From Thermoplasmatota archaeon (GTDB taxonomy: Archaea; Thermoplasmatota; E2; JACPAO01; JAHFTW01): DNA of 64,000 bases. The notes under the pieces were generated by a model, which worked only from the letters and a program-made list of their open reading frames with translations, was not told where the DNA came from and ran no database searches. Shown here piece after piece: positions 28,740 through 39,119 of the stretch (its first letter is position 1; each line of letters starts with the position of its first letter). Position numbers and translations under genes: made by a program. Location of the stretch: the NCBI GenBank assembly GCA_041601615.1, contig JBFIHX010000005.1, positions 128,001 to 192,000 of the forward strand. The letters run 5' to 3'.

Positions 28740-31130
28740 ATGACAATGAAGGTCATCAATCGAAAAGGAGAGAGCGAAGAGGTCCGGTTCGACAAGATCC
28801 AGGACCGGATCAGCAGCCTGACCTACGGGCTGCATTCGAGCGTGGATGTTGCCGAGGTGACAAAAAAGGTCATCGAGGGAATGGCCGACGGAATCACCAC
28901 GCGCCAGCTGGACAAGCTGGCCTCAGAGACCGCCGCGTCCATGATGACGACCCACCCGGACTACGGCAAACTCGCCGCCCGCATCGCGGTCAACGACCTG
29001 CACAAGCAGACGAAGGAATCATTCGCCGAGACCATTGAAACGCTCTACGCCTACATCGACCCCAAGACCGGCAAACACGCGCCGCTCATCGCCGACGATG
29101 TCCTGGAAATCGTGCGCAACAACGCCGACACCCTCGACGCCGCCGTCCGCTTCGAGCGCGACTACGAATACGACTTCTTTGGCTTCAAAACCCTCGAACG
29201 AAGCTACCTCCTGAAAGTGGACAACGAAATCGCCGAACGCCCCCAGCACATGCTGATGCGCGTCTCCGTAGGCATCCACAAAAACGACATCCCCAGCGCC
29301 CTAGAGACCTACGAACTGCTCTCGCAGGGCTACTTCACCCACGCCACCCCCACGCTCTTCAACGCCGGCACCCCCCGCAGCCAGATGAGCAGCTGCTTCC
29401 TTCTCGACATGAAGGACGACAGCTTGGAAGGCATCTACGACACCCTCAAGCAATGCGCGATGATCAGCAAGTCCGCCGGCGGACTCGGCCTCGCCATCCA
29501 CAAAGTACGCGCTCAAGGCAGCTACATTCGGGGCACCAACGGCGCCAGCAACGGCCTCGTGCCGATGCTCCGCGTCTTCAACAACACCGTCCGCTACGTG
29601 GACCAAGGTGGCGGCAAGCGCAAAGGTGCCCTCGCGGTCTACCTCGAACCCTGGCACGCCGACGTATTCGAATTCCTGCAACTTCGCAAAAACCACGGCG
29701 TCGAAGAACAACGCGCCCGCGACTTGTTCTACGCCATGTGGATTCCTGACCTCTTCATGAAGCGCGTCGAGGACGACGGCACCTGGAGCCTCATGTGCCC
29801 CGACGAATGCCCCGGCATGGACGAAGTGTACGGCGACGAATTCGAAGCGCTCTACACGAAGTACGAAGCCCAAGGCAAGTTCCACCGCCAAGTTCGTGCC
29901 CGCGAACTCTGGGAAGAGATCCTCGGCGCCCAAATCGAAACCGGCACGCCGTACATGCTCTACAAGGACAACGTCAACAAGAAGAGCCAACAGAAGAACA
30001 TCGGCATCATCCGCAGCAGCAACCTCTGCACCGAGATCGTCGAGCACACCAACCCCGACGAAGTGGCCGTGTGCAACCTCGCCAGTCTCGCCCTCCCCAA
30101 GTTCGTCAACACTGAAAAGAAGGAGTATGACCACGAGGGCCTCTTCAACGTCGTCTACCACGCCGTTCGCAACCTCAACAAGGTCATCGACCTCAACTAC
30201 TACCCCGTAGAAGAGGCCAAGAGCAGCAACATGAAGCACCGCCCCGTCGGGCTTGGTGTTCAGGGCCTCGCAGACAGCTTTGCCATGCTCGGCTTGCCCT
30301 TCGACAGCGAAGAAGCGGCCCAGCTCAACAAGGACATCTTCGAGACCATTTACTTCGCAGCCCTGCAAAGCAGCAAGGACATCGCGGCGGAGCTGGGCCC
30401 GTACGAGACGTTCGCCGGCAGCCCCGCCAGTGAGGGCGTTCTCCAATTCGACATGTGGGGTGTACAACCCACCTCCGGTCGCTGGGACTGGACGACACTC
30501 AAGGCCCAAATCAAGCAACACGGCTTGCGCAACAGCCTCCTCGTGGCGCCCATGCCCACTGCCAGCACCAGCCAGATTCTGGGCAACAACGAGTGCTTCG
30601 AGCCGTTCACGAGCAACCTCTACACCCGCCGCACCCTCAGTGGCGAGTTCGTGGTCATCAACAAGCACCTCGTCAAGGACCTCCTGGCCGTCGGCTTGTG
30701 GAATGAGGAAATCAAGAACCAAATCGTGCTGGGCCAAGGCAGCATCCAGCGCATCGAGGCGATCCCGCAGCACATCCGCGACGTCTACAAGACGGTCTGG
30801 GAAATCAAGCAGCGCACCGTCATCGACATGGCCGCCGACCGTGGCGCCTTCATCGACCAGAGCCAGAGCTTGAACCTGCACGTCACTGAGCCGAACCTCG
30901 CCAAGATGACGAGCATGCACTTCCACGCCTGGCGCAAGGGCCTCAAGACCGGCATGTACTACCTGCGCACCAAGGCCGCCGCCAGTGCCTTGCAGTTCAC
31001 GGTGGACGCCAAGGAAGCCAAGGCGTTCCGCGAAAGCAGCGCCGCGAAGCCCGCCGCCGAGATGACGCCCGAAGAGCAGTTGGCGTGCAGCATCGACAAT
31101 CCGGAAGACTGCGTGGCTTGCGGTAGCTGA
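28740..31130 (+). CDS. nrdA: Ribonucleotide reductase class Ia alpha subunit with ATP cone
   Basis: FDKIQDRI cone, [40 protein letters not shown]-terminal CVACGS. Confidence 0.97.
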   Translation: MTMKVINRKGESEEVRFDKIQDRISSLTYGLHSSVDVAEVTKKVIEGMADGITTRQLDKLASETAASMMTTHPDYGKLAARIAVNDLHKQTKESFAETIETLYAYIDPKTGKHAPLIADDVLEIVRNNADTLDAAVRFERDYEYDFFGFKTLERSYLLKVDNEIAERPQHMLMRVSVGIHKNDIPSALETYELLSQGYFTHATPTLFNAGTPRSQMSSCFLLDMKDDSLEGIYDTLKQCAMISKSAGGLGLAIHKVRAQGSYIRGTNGASNGLVPMLRVFNNTVRYVDQGGGKRKGALAVYLEPWHADVFEFLQLRKNHGVEEQRARDLFYAMWIPDLFMKRVEDDGTWSLMCPDECPGMDEVYGDEFEALYTKYEAQGKFHRQVRARELWEEILGAQIETGTPYMLYKDNVNKKSQQKNIGIIRSSNLCTEIVEHTNPDEVAVCNLASLALPKFVNTEKKEYDHEGLFNVVYHAVRNLNKVIDLNYYPVEEAKSSNMKHRPVGLGVQGLADSFAMLGLPFDSEEAAQLNKDIFETIYFAALQSSKDIAAELGPYETFAGSPASEGVLQFDMWGVQPTSGRWDWTTLKAQIKQHGLRNSLLVAPMPTASTSQILGNNECFEPFTSNLYTRRTLSGEFVVINKHLVKDLLAVGLWNEEIKNQIVLGQGSIQRIEAIPQHIRDVYKTVWEIKQRTVIDMAADRGAFIDQSQSLNLHVTEPNLAKMTSMHFHAWRKGLKTGMYYLRTKAAASALQFTVDAKEAKAFRESSAAKPAAEMTPEEQLACSIDNPEDCVACGS

Positions 31131-31223
31131 GCGCCTCCGGGCTCCTTTTTCCTTTCCTTTCTCCCTTTGAAGCCTTGGAGCGAAGCCTTCCCTTGGTTGG
31201 TTTGTATCGTAGTAATTACGAGA

Positions 31224-32036
31224 CTACGGCCCCGCTCCGCCGCGTCCCTTCCGCATGCGTAGGCTTCGGGGAATCGCCGATGCCAGCGCCAGGAGCAACA
31301 TCCCGCCCAGAGCCATTTGCTGACCAAGCACCGGCCATGGCGAAACGAGCACACCGTGTACTGCCGCCGCGAGGCCCAACCCGAGCGCCGCCTTCACGGC
31401 TGCCTTCTGGATGCGCAACCGAGCGAGGCCCGCCGACGAAATCGCCTGCAACGACGCGGCTGTTAAGCCTCCCGCCAGCCACACCCACCAGGCGCCGCCG
31501 GGCGCGGAAAGGGCGAGGTAGGCACTCGCCGCGATGAACAACGGGTAGGTGGTGAAGCAGCCGATGCAGAGGCGCAAGCCGGCGGCGTGGTACACGTCTT
31601 CCGCGTACTCGGGCGTGTGTGGGTGGTGGCTGAGCCAGTGGGCCGGTAGATGCCGGGTGAGGGGGATCAGTAGAGGTGCTGCGGCAAATGCGACAGCCAT
31701 TTCATGCGGTGCGGAGCCAAGGCAGGAACAATCGCCGCCGCCCGAACCTCCGCCGCCTCCGCTGCCCCCGCCTCCGCCGCCGCTGCTGGAACTGCTGCCT
31801 CCGTCGCCGCAACAACCGCCACAGCCATCGCCCCCGCCGTCCCCACTGCTGCCGTCTGCGTCACAGCAACAACAGCCTCCGCCGGCTGGGCAACAGGTTG
31901 GCTCGCAATCGCCGCATTGGCAATCACAATCGCAAAGTCCACCCCCGCAGCAACAAATATTGAGAAGGCAGCAGCCGAGGCCGGCTAAGAGCGCGATGCC
32001 ACCAAGCACGTACACCGTGATCCAACCCGCGGTCAT
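31224..32036 (-). CDS. Membrane protein with Cys/Gly-rich segment and HH...CxxC TM domain (DUF2085-like)
   Basis: N-terminal TM, 21 Cys in about 85 aa, then SHHP...LCIGCF and 4 TMs. Start uncertain. Confidence 0.75.
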   Translation of the reverse strand: MTAGWITVYVLGGIALLAGLGCCLLNICCCGGGLCDCDCQCGDCEPTCCPAGGGCCCCDADGSSGDGGGDGCGGCCGDGGSSSSSGGGGGGSGGGGGSGGGDCSCLGSAPHEMAVAFAAAPLLIPLTRHLPAHWLSHHPHTPEYAEDVYHAAGLRLCIGCFTTYPLFIAASAYLALSAPGGAWWVWLAGGLTAASLQAISSAGLARLRIQKAAVKAALGLGLAAAVHGVLVSPWPVLGQQMALGGMLLLALASAIPRSLRMRKGRGGAGP

Positions 32037-32185
32037 GGGCAAGGTAGCGACCATGCCAACTAGGAGCAATGCTCGAATTGCCTGCCCGGTTGCCTTGGCG
32101 GCTCCACTTGACACGATCGGGCCAAATGGTTTCAAGAAAATAAGGAAAAGGTTTCACCGACGGGATTCGCCGATGTGTTTGGGCT

Positions 32186-33253
32186 TCAAACCTCGTCAAA
32201 GAGGTACTGATCAAACACGTCCATGCGGCTTTCCCAGTCGTTGGGGAATAGGTAGCGCATGGTCATGGCCACGCTCGAGAGCAGCGAGTTGCCGTCTTGG
32301 GGCGTGAAGCAGTATCCTACGATGCGCTTGCCGCCTTCGAGCACCTTGAGGGTGTTGTGGGCAAGCACCGTCTGGTTGAGGATGCGGCCCATGTAGCCGT
32401 GGTCGCGGCCGAAGGCGAAAACGCTGTTGGCGCTCTTTTTGTAGGTGGTGCTGAGGCCGGGGTGGTCATGGAAGTGGTCCATGATTTCCTGCTCGGTGGT
32501 GGCGGTCTTGACGCGCATGTCAAAGTAGAGCGTGTGCATGAATTGCGTCGGCACTTTCATGGCGGTCGAGAACAGCTTGAGGTCCTTGCCTTGGGTTTGG
32601 TAGAGGTGCCAAACGTCGCGGGCGTGGTGGGTGCCGAATTCGCCATCCTTGTGAGTGCCTACTTCGGGCGCTCCGATGTTCTTGTCTTCGTAGACGTCCG
32701 AGCCGCGTCGGATGCAGTTGAAGTTGCCTTCCACGAGGTTGTCCTCGCCGTGTCGCAGGGCGATGGCATTGAGAATCGCTGCCATGTTGTGCGTGTTGCA
32801 GCTGACGATTTGCGTGAAGCGGTCGACGGCGGGGTCGATGGCGTCTTCGTTGATCCAGCGGCAGTAGGGTTTGCCGAAGCCGAATTCGCTGCCTTGGGCG
32901 AGGAATCCGCGTCCGGGTTTGTCGTACTTCTCGTAGAACTTCTGCTTGTTGGCAACACCGACGCCGCTGGGGGTGCAGTCGATGACGACCGTGGCGCGCT
33001 CGATGGCCTCTTCGGTTTCGTAGGCGACGGCCATGCCGAGGTTTTCGAAATCGGCCTTGACGGAGTCGGCGCAGGCGAGCTTGGCGCCGCGGCGAATCAA
33101 GTCCTGGATCTTGCTGCGGTCCGTGAATTGCGGCGTGCGCTTGTTGAACGTGACCTCGTCGATGCCGAGCTCCTTTGCCTTGTCAGCAAACAGGTGGATG
33201 AGCGGCTCTCCGATGGTTCCGGTGCCGACGATGTGTACGATCTTCTGCGCCAT
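32186..33253 (-). CDS. Archaeal type II glyceraldehyde-3-phosphate dehydrogenase-like protein (divergent)
   Basis: IVGTGTIG, VIDCTP, IVSCNTH, IRRGSD, GTHHARDV. Confidence 0.8.
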   Translation of the reverse strand: MAQKIVHIVGTGTIGEPLIHLFADKAKELGIDEVTFNKRTPQFTDRSKIQDLIRRGAKLACADSVKADFENLGMAVAYETEEAIERATVVIDCTPSGVGVANKQKFYEKYDKPGRGFLAQGSEFGFGKPYCRWINEDAIDPAVDRFTQIVSCNTHNMAAILNAIALRHGEDNLVEGNFNCIRRGSDVYEDKNIGAPEVGTHKDGEFGTHHARDVWHLYQTQGKDLKLFSTAMKVPTQFMHTLYFDMRVKTATTEQEIMDHFHDHPGLSTTYKKSANSVFAFGRDHGYMGRILNQTVLAHNTLKVLEGGKRIVGYCFTPQDGNSLLSSVAMTMRYLFPNDWESRMDVFDQYLFDEV

Positions 33254-33411
33254 GAGGAATCCCTAAGGCCGTGGCCTTGGGCGGGCGACTGGGGAGGTGT
33301 TGAAAAAGGGTGGGTGGGGAGTTCGGGTGGAGGAATGCGGCGGGCTAAGGAATCATCCTGTTGCGAGGCGTGGATGGGGGCAAGGTGAAAAAAGGGGAAA
33401 ATGGGCGCGCG

Positions 33412-36400
33412 TCAGCTCCTGCGAGTGAGGTAGGCACCTTCGCCATCGGCGTAGACAACGTGCGTTCGGCCATTGGGGTCCGTGTCAACGTCGAAGTTGT
33501 ACAAACTGCGTAGTGGGTCACAGCCAATGGATATGCATCCGCTGTGGCCGTCCAGGTGTTGGTAGCTGTTGCCGGGGCCACAGGTCGTGTCGCCGCATTG
33601 GACAAAGCGCAGGTCCCGGTTGTTGTACGTGGAGAACAGGACCCAAGGGATGCCGGTGTCGTTGTACGCCACGTGGGAAACTGCGGGCCCCAGAACCGAT
33701 TTTGACCAGGGGTCACATCCAAGGGGACAGGAGAGCCCGCCGTCGAAGGCGACGCCTCCCGTGGAGAAGGGGTTCCAGTGTTTTTCCGTACACCACTGGC
33801 TGAGGCAGCGGCCCAACTCGGCAGCGCTGAAGACGGCTCCCTGGTCGCTGAAGGCGAAAGTGGAGGGGCCATCGGGATTGAAGCCAAACCGACCTGCTTT
33901 CACGTCTTTATCGCGAAGAACCCGGTAGGTTGCTTCGGAGCAGTCCCTGTCGTGGCATTCGATGATGACTGGCTCGCCGCTTGGCCTGGCCATACCGGGG
34001 CCGATAACCTCCAGCGAGGGGTAGACAACGATCACGGGCAGGCCGTCGCGCCAGTAGATGTCCGAACGGTCGAATGTCTTGTGCTGGACATTCTCGCATC
34101 CCTGGGGAGCACAATTGGCTCCCAAGAGGTTGGTGCGTGTTAGGTCGCCCATGCAGTCTGGGGTATGGCAGCGGATGAACCCGAGGCCGAAGTGCTCCCA
34201 TCCTGCATAGGCTTGATACTGGTAGGCTAGGACGGTGTCTCCTGTGGGTGAGATGCCGATACGGGACTTGAAGGCCTGTTGGTCTTCGTGGGCGCAGGCG
34301 GCGGGGCAGCCATTTCGAGCGCCTGCAACGATGCGGTACTCCACGTCACCTGAGCAGTTTGCATCTTGGCATGCCGTGACGAACAGGCTGAAGGTGCCGT
34401 CGAAGAATTGGTTGCCTGCGTAGGTGAGCAGCACTTTGTCATCGGATGTGCGTTGGATCTGTACTCCGTGGCCAGTGTTCCATTTGTGGTGGCAGTTCGT
34501 GGGGCAGGGTGCGTTGCCGTCTAGGACGCGACTCGTGGTCTGGTTGCAGTCTGCATCCAGGCAGCGCACGATGCTGACGGTCTCATGGTTGCCCTGGAAG
34601 TTGGTTCCGTAGTAGGGGTCGCTCAATTGGTACCCTTTGACGGCAAAGATCGGCGCGGCGCCGGAGGCATCCACAGCGACTTCGCGGCATTCCGCGATGC
34701 AGGTCGTCCGGTTGATGATTTGATGGGTCTCGAAGTTGTAAGCTACGTTGTTTGTGGGTTGATCGGGGATGTGGGCCCGAGCGGATGCTCCGGTCAATTC
34801 GAGGCGCCACCAGGGTTGGTCTTCTTCCTGGTATGCACCCACGGTGATGGCACCTGGAGGATTTTCAGGGTCGAGTTCGCTCAATTCGGGATTAGGACAA
34901 CCACCGGGATATGGGCAGGGATCAGGACAACCACCGTCAAGCAAGGAGCAGGGGTCAGGACAACCACCGTCAAGCAAGGAGCAGGGGTCAGGACAACCAC
35001 CGTCAAGCAAGGAGCAGGGGTCAGACGGGAAACTCGGGGGTGCGGCGGGTCCGCAGCCACCATCGAGGCTGTCGCAGAGTAGCTGCACGCTCTGGTCCAC
35101 AGTTTGCATGGTGCTCTCGATCCACTGGTTGACGCAGATTCCTTGGTCGCGGCAGACCTTGTGCTCCGCTTCTTGCGGATTGTTGATGGTCTGGAACGGG
35201 TTCTCTATCACGCAGGCTAGCGGTATATTGCAGACTTGCTGGTGCAGGGCTGCGCCCACGCCCTCCACGTCCTGGCGCGCCTGGTCGAAGTCAATGGTCT
35301 CCTCCACGTCCACGACGACAGGTTCACGCCAGCCGGGTGCATAATTTTCCAATCGGATGGATACTTGGATGTCCAATTTTTTCAATGGGAGGTCGGGGTC
35401 GCCGGGAAGCTGCACATTGCGAATCTCCTGTACCTGTCCAGTGCTTGCCACGACACGGGCCATCACATCATTGGCTTGCACATCGGCTAGCGTTTTGCCT
35501 GGGGTTTCGATTGGCCATCCATAATGGAGCCAGTCGTGCTCGAAGTAATGGTTCAGGGGCTCTCGTACTCCCCCGGTCCAAGTGGCGCCGCCGTCCATGC
35601 TGACGGACACCTCGACCCATTCGACGGGTTGCGTCGGGTCAATATTGGCGGTCCAGGCGGGGGTTCCATCAAAGGTTGCGGCATTGGCGGCATTGTTCCA
35701 GCTACTGGTGGATACAACAGCATCTTGGAGTGGGTGGTATCCGGTCGTCTCGGGGGTGGACCGTTGGGTCTGCATCATGTGCTCGACTGCTTCGATGCCT
35801 CGATCGTCTAGGAAGCGAACTCGGAACAGTTGGTCCCATCCAGAAGGAGATTGGGTCAAAGGTTCATCAAAAGTGCCGGGGGTGGTGAGATTGCCGGTCG
35901 CGATGACCTGCCACTCCTCCACGCTGCGACTCCAGTATGCATTGCAATCACATGGGGCGCGTTCCAGTGTCCACGACACGGTGCCGGTTCCATGGACATC
36001 GACTTTGAAGCGGGGGTCGGTGGAGGAATGCACGGTGGGGTGGGGCACGCTGGTGAGGGCATCCATGGTGGCCGCTCCTGCCACATCCAAGCGTCCGGCG
36101 CCCTGGTAGTTTGGAATGGTTAGGTCCGTGTCCACGGCGGAGACGCGCAGCCGGGAGCGAATCTCATCTGCGCCCTGATTTGGGTTCTGTTCCAGCAGCA
36201 AGGCAACGGCTCCTGCGCCAACGGCGGCACTCATGCTGGTGCCGCTGAGGGCGATGTGATCTGCGTCGTGGCATTCGTATGATGTGCCGGAGCCGACGAC
36301 TGATGCGCGTGCGGCGCAGATGGCCACGCCGGGGGCTACTAGGTCTGGTTTGAAGTGGGTCAATCCCTTCTGGGTTGCCGGGCCGTAGCCACTGAACCAC

Positions 36401-37374
36401 GCGCCGGTTCCCGGGCCCAGTTCATCCTGGAGCGTAGAAGCGCCGACAGAAAGGACTCCAGGCCAAGCGCCAGGGACGGACAAATATCCCATGAATGGAC
36501 CGTTGCCGGCAGATGCCACGACGATTGCGCCAGATGCGACCGCTTGGTCCACAGCGTCCCGTAGGGGCCCGTATGTGCCACAGGAACTGATCGGGCAGCT
36601 GAGGGCCATCAGGATTACATCGTGGTGGTCGCTTGTGTCGCCATCGCCATTGGGGTCCATGGCATGTACGAGGGCGCTGACGATGGAATGCATGAAAATC
36701 CATCCCTGATTGCTCACCTTGTAGCTGAACAGCGATGCGCTGGGGGCGATGCCCTTCAGGGTGCCGTTGCCGGCGGCGATGGCGGCCACATGGGTGCCGT
36801 GGCCATGTTCGTCCATCGGGTCGGTGTCGTCGCTGCCGTGATCGTACCCGCCGGCTACCTTGCAACCGGGCCCAAAGCATCCGCCTAGATCACTATGCAA
36901 GTAGTCGATGCCGCTGTCGATGACGGCGATTTCGATGCCTTTGCCCGTGGCCGCTGTGCCGGCGGTGCCGTTCCAGACCGCGGGTGCGCCAATCAAAGAG
37001 GCCGCGGATCCAGACTGGAACGTGATGTCCTGTGGTGGGTGTTGGGCGAGTCCTTGCGCCACCAATTGATGCTCCATCACGGGCGATACGCGGGCCTCGA
37101 CCCAGTCGATGATGGGGCGGTGATCGCGGACAACCTGCACTTGGCCAGGCCACTGGGCCTCTAGATCACACGGTGCAGGGCATGCGCGACTGCTCGCATC
37201 CAGCAACAAGGTGGACCATCCATCGGTGGCGGCTCCTTCCAATGCGTCGTTCGTGGCATCTGTTTCCTTTGCAACCAGGGCACCTGTAGAGCCAGTGGCC
37301 AAGAGCAAGACCAGGCAGAAGGCCGCGATTTTTGGAGCCGAGGAGGCCGAGGCGAGAAACACATCAGGTACCAA
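33412..37374 (-). CDS. Large secreted S8 subtilase with Cys-rich repeats and C-terminal repeat domain
   Basis: Signal peptide; IDSGID, HGHGTHVA, SAGN, SGTSMSA catalytic triad motifs. Confidence 0.9.
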   Translation of the reverse strand: MVPDVFLASASSAPKIAAFCLVLLLATGSTGALVAKETDATNDALEGAATDGWSTLLLDASSRACPAPCDLEAQWPGQVQVVRDHRPIIDWVEARVSPVMEHQLVAQGLAQHPPQDITFQSGSAASLIGAPAVWNGTAGTAATGKGIEIAVIDSGIDYLHSDLGGCFGPGCKVAGGYDHGSDDTDPMDEHGHGTHVAAIAAGNGTLKGIAPSASLFSYKVSNQGWIFMHSIVSALVHAMDPNGDGDTSDHHDVILMALSCPISSCGTYGPLRDAVDQAVASGAIVVASAGNGPFMGYLSVPGAWPGVLSVGASTLQDELGPGTGAWFSGYGPATQKGLTHFKPDLVAPGVAICAARASVVGSGTSYECHDADHIALSGTSMSAAVGAGAVALLLEQNPNQGADEIRSRLRVSAVDTDLTIPNYQGAGRLDVAGAATMDALTSVPHPTVHSSTDPRFKVDVHGTGTVSWTLERAPCDCNAYWSRSVEEWQVIATGNLTTPGTFDEPLTQSPSGWDQLFRVRFLDDRGIEAVEHMMQTQRSTPETTGYHPLQDAVVSTSSWNNAANAATFDGTPAWTANIDPTQPVEWVEVSVSMDGGATWTGGVREPLNHYFEHDWLHYGWPIETPGKTLADVQANDVMARVVASTGQVQEIRNVQLPGDPDLPLKKLDIQVSIRLENYAPGWREPVVVDVEETIDFDQARQDVEGVGAALHQQVCNIPLACVIENPFQTINNPQEAEHKVCRDQGICVNQWIESTMQTVDQSVQLLCDSLDGGCGPAAPPSFPSDPCSLLDGGCPDPCSLLDGGCPDPCSLLDGGCPDPCPYPGGCPNPELSELDPENPPGAITVGAYQEEDQPWWRLELTGASARAHIPDQPTNNVAYNFETHQIINRTTCIAECREVAVDASGAAPIFAVKGYQLSDPYYGTNFQGNHETVSIVRCLDADCNQTTSRVLDGNAPCPTNCHHKWNTGHGVQIQRTSDDKVLLTYAGNQFFDGTFSLFVTACQDANCSGDVEYRIVAGARNGCPAACAHEDQQAFKSRIGISPTGDTVLAYQYQAYAGWEHFGLGFIRCHTPDCMGDLTRTNLLGANCAPQGCENVQHKTFDRSDIYWRDGLPVIVVYPSLEVIGPGMARPSGEPVIIECHDRDCSEATYRVLRDKDVKAGRFGFNPDGPSTFAFSDQGAVFSAAELGRCLSQWCTEKHWNPFSTGGVAFDGGLSCPLGCDPWSKSVLGPAVSHVAYNDTGIPWVLFSTYNNRDLRFVQCGDTTCGPGNSYQHLDGHSGCISIGCDPLRSLYNFDVDTDPNGRTHVVYADGEGAYLTRRS
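34922..35020. repeat. 3 x 33-bp perfect coding tandem repeat (DPCSLLDGGCP)
   Basis: TCAGGACAACCACCGTCAAGCAAGGAGCAGGGG three times, plus degenerate flanking copies. Confidence 0.95.
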
Positions 37375-37519
37375 TCTTGGGGCAGCTTAACCGTTTGCAG
37401 TGACTCTAAGGCTGGGTCAAGGAAACTCCACGATCCTGCTGTGCAGGGTCCGAAAGGGGCTAAGATTCGAACGACGCCACCAATCTCCCTAAGTATCTGT
37501 GCCGCCGCCTTTCCTGTTG

Positions 37520-39061
37520 ATGTCGACTCTCCGTGTCCTGCTTGTGATGTCTGCTCTGGCTCTATCTGGCTGTGTGGATGGCCTTGTTCCTGGCGCCGAG
37601 CCCGTAGGTTCCGCCTCGGAGCAGGCCATGCACCAAAGTGACCCTGAGGATTCCCACGATGGCATGGGCATGCGTACCCACGGCGAAGGACATGCGGGCG
37701 GCGCCGGGATGAACGATCACAACGCCCAGACGGGTATGGAGCGACCGGGATTCCAGGAAGGAGAGGGCCGCGTTCCGTCGGCGGATGATGCAAAGTCCTT
37801 GCCGCAGTTGTCGCGGATTCGCATCATCGGCGACGAGCAGTTCCGGCCCGCCAACGGTGTCGCCTCGGGCAATGGAACCCTCGCAGATCCCTTTGTCATT
37901 GAGGGATGGTATGTCACGGGCGACTTCACGATCCAAGACACGGACGCCTGCGTGGTGGTCCGTGAGAATTACATCGGCGGGCAACTTTCCTTGAACTGGA
38001 ACGGGCCATGTGTGCACGCCCATCACAACTTCATTCGCGACCTACGGGTCAATGAAAACATCCGCCGCACGGGTTACGCCACCGGCGGCTACATCGAGCA
38101 AAACGACATCGAAATCGTTGGCCAACTGCGCCACTACGACGGCGTATTCCGCTCCAACATCGTCGGCCCCGCTGGCCCCGACAGCTTGTTTGATGCTGTC
38201 CTTGAAACGGTACCCTACATTTGGATCAAGGACCCGCGTGTGGCCAACATCGACGGCTTCAACCAAGGCATCATCGAGGGCAACACCTTCTACGGCAGCG
38301 TTGACTTGGATTTGCATGGTCACCACCATGGTACTGGCTTCTTTGCCCCGCACAGCCACTACCACGGCGACAACGAGACCAAGAAAATGCCCCATGACCA
38401 CACCCAGCGCTGGACCAGTGTCTCCTTCGTGGGCAACACCGTCATTGACCCAGACGGCTACGGATTGCGCTACGAGGACCGCAATCATGCCGGCGACGAC
38501 CGCGTTGCGACCTCCGAGCAAGAAGAGACCCTTGATCTGGAGCATGTGCATCATGAGCGCATCGAACTCGTGGGCAACACCGTCGAAGGTGCGGGCATTT
38601 GGATCGACGTGCTTGGTGCCGAAGACAAGCAACACACGGGCTCCAACGACGTGGCGCTCTTGGTGGCAGACAATACGGTGCACCTCGTTCGCCGCGACGC
38701 GGGGCCGCTGGGCATCTACGGCAGCTACGAGTCCACCGTCGGCATCCTCGTGCAGACGGCCCGCGACATGGACCTCGTCATTCGCGACAACCGCATCACG
38801 GTGGACGCCAAACAGCAGGCCTCTTCGGATCCCACTGGAGGCTGGCTCGGAATCCTAGATTCGGATCAGTCTTACCGGGCGATTGGCCTCAACCGCATGA
38901 CGGACGGCGACATCACCATCGCTCGCAACATCGCCCTCGGCTTCGATGTGGGCGTGGCAGCGGACCGGTTCGAAAACGTAGCGTGGCGTATGGTTGGCAA
39001 CGACTTTGGCGGCGCACAGGAATTTTCGGCCGACGACACCGTTCCGATGCCGGGAAGGTGA
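37520..39061 (+). CDS. His-rich lipoprotein with right-handed beta-helix-like repeats
   Basis: Lipobox ALSGC; GNGTLADPFVIEGW; xxxN repeats; HGHHHG, HSHYHG. Confidence 0.78.
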   Translation: MSTLRVLLVMSALALSGCVDGLVPGAEPVGSASEQAMHQSDPEDSHDGMGMRTHGEGHAGGAGMNDHNAQTGMERPGFQEGEGRVPSADDAKSLPQLSRIRIIGDEQFRPANGVASGNGTLADPFVIEGWYVTGDFTIQDTDACVVVRENYIGGQLSLNWNGPCVHAHHNFIRDLRVNENIRRTGYATGGYIEQNDIEIVGQLRHYDGVFRSNIVGPAGPDSLFDAVLETVPYIWIKDPRVANIDGFNQGIIEGNTFYGSVDLDLHGHHHGTGFFAPHSHYHGDNETKKMPHDHTQRWTSVSFVGNTVIDPDGYGLRYEDRNHAGDDRVATSEQEETLDLEHVHHERIELVGNTVEGAGIWIDVLGAEDKQHTGSNDVALLVADNTVHLVRRDAGPLGIYGSYESTVGILVQTARDMDLVIRDNRITVDAKQQASSDPTGGWLGILDSDQSYRAIGLNRMTDGDITIARNIALGFDVGVAADRFENVAWRMVGNDFGGAQEFSADDTVPMPGR

Positions 39062-39119
39062 GTGTTTGCTCCGTTTGCATGACCACAACCCATAAACCGG
39101 CAGGGGTAACCTGCTTGCT

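Noticed and set aside
29301-30926. Long antisense ORFs over nrdA, and similar ones over carA, carB, LLM and ALDH
   Set aside because: Typical stop-poor antisense frames of high-GC genes, with no motifs.
34894-35024. 33-bp direct repeats as a CRISPR array
   Set aside because: No spacers; they are in-frame coding repeats inside the subtilase, and no cas genes are present.
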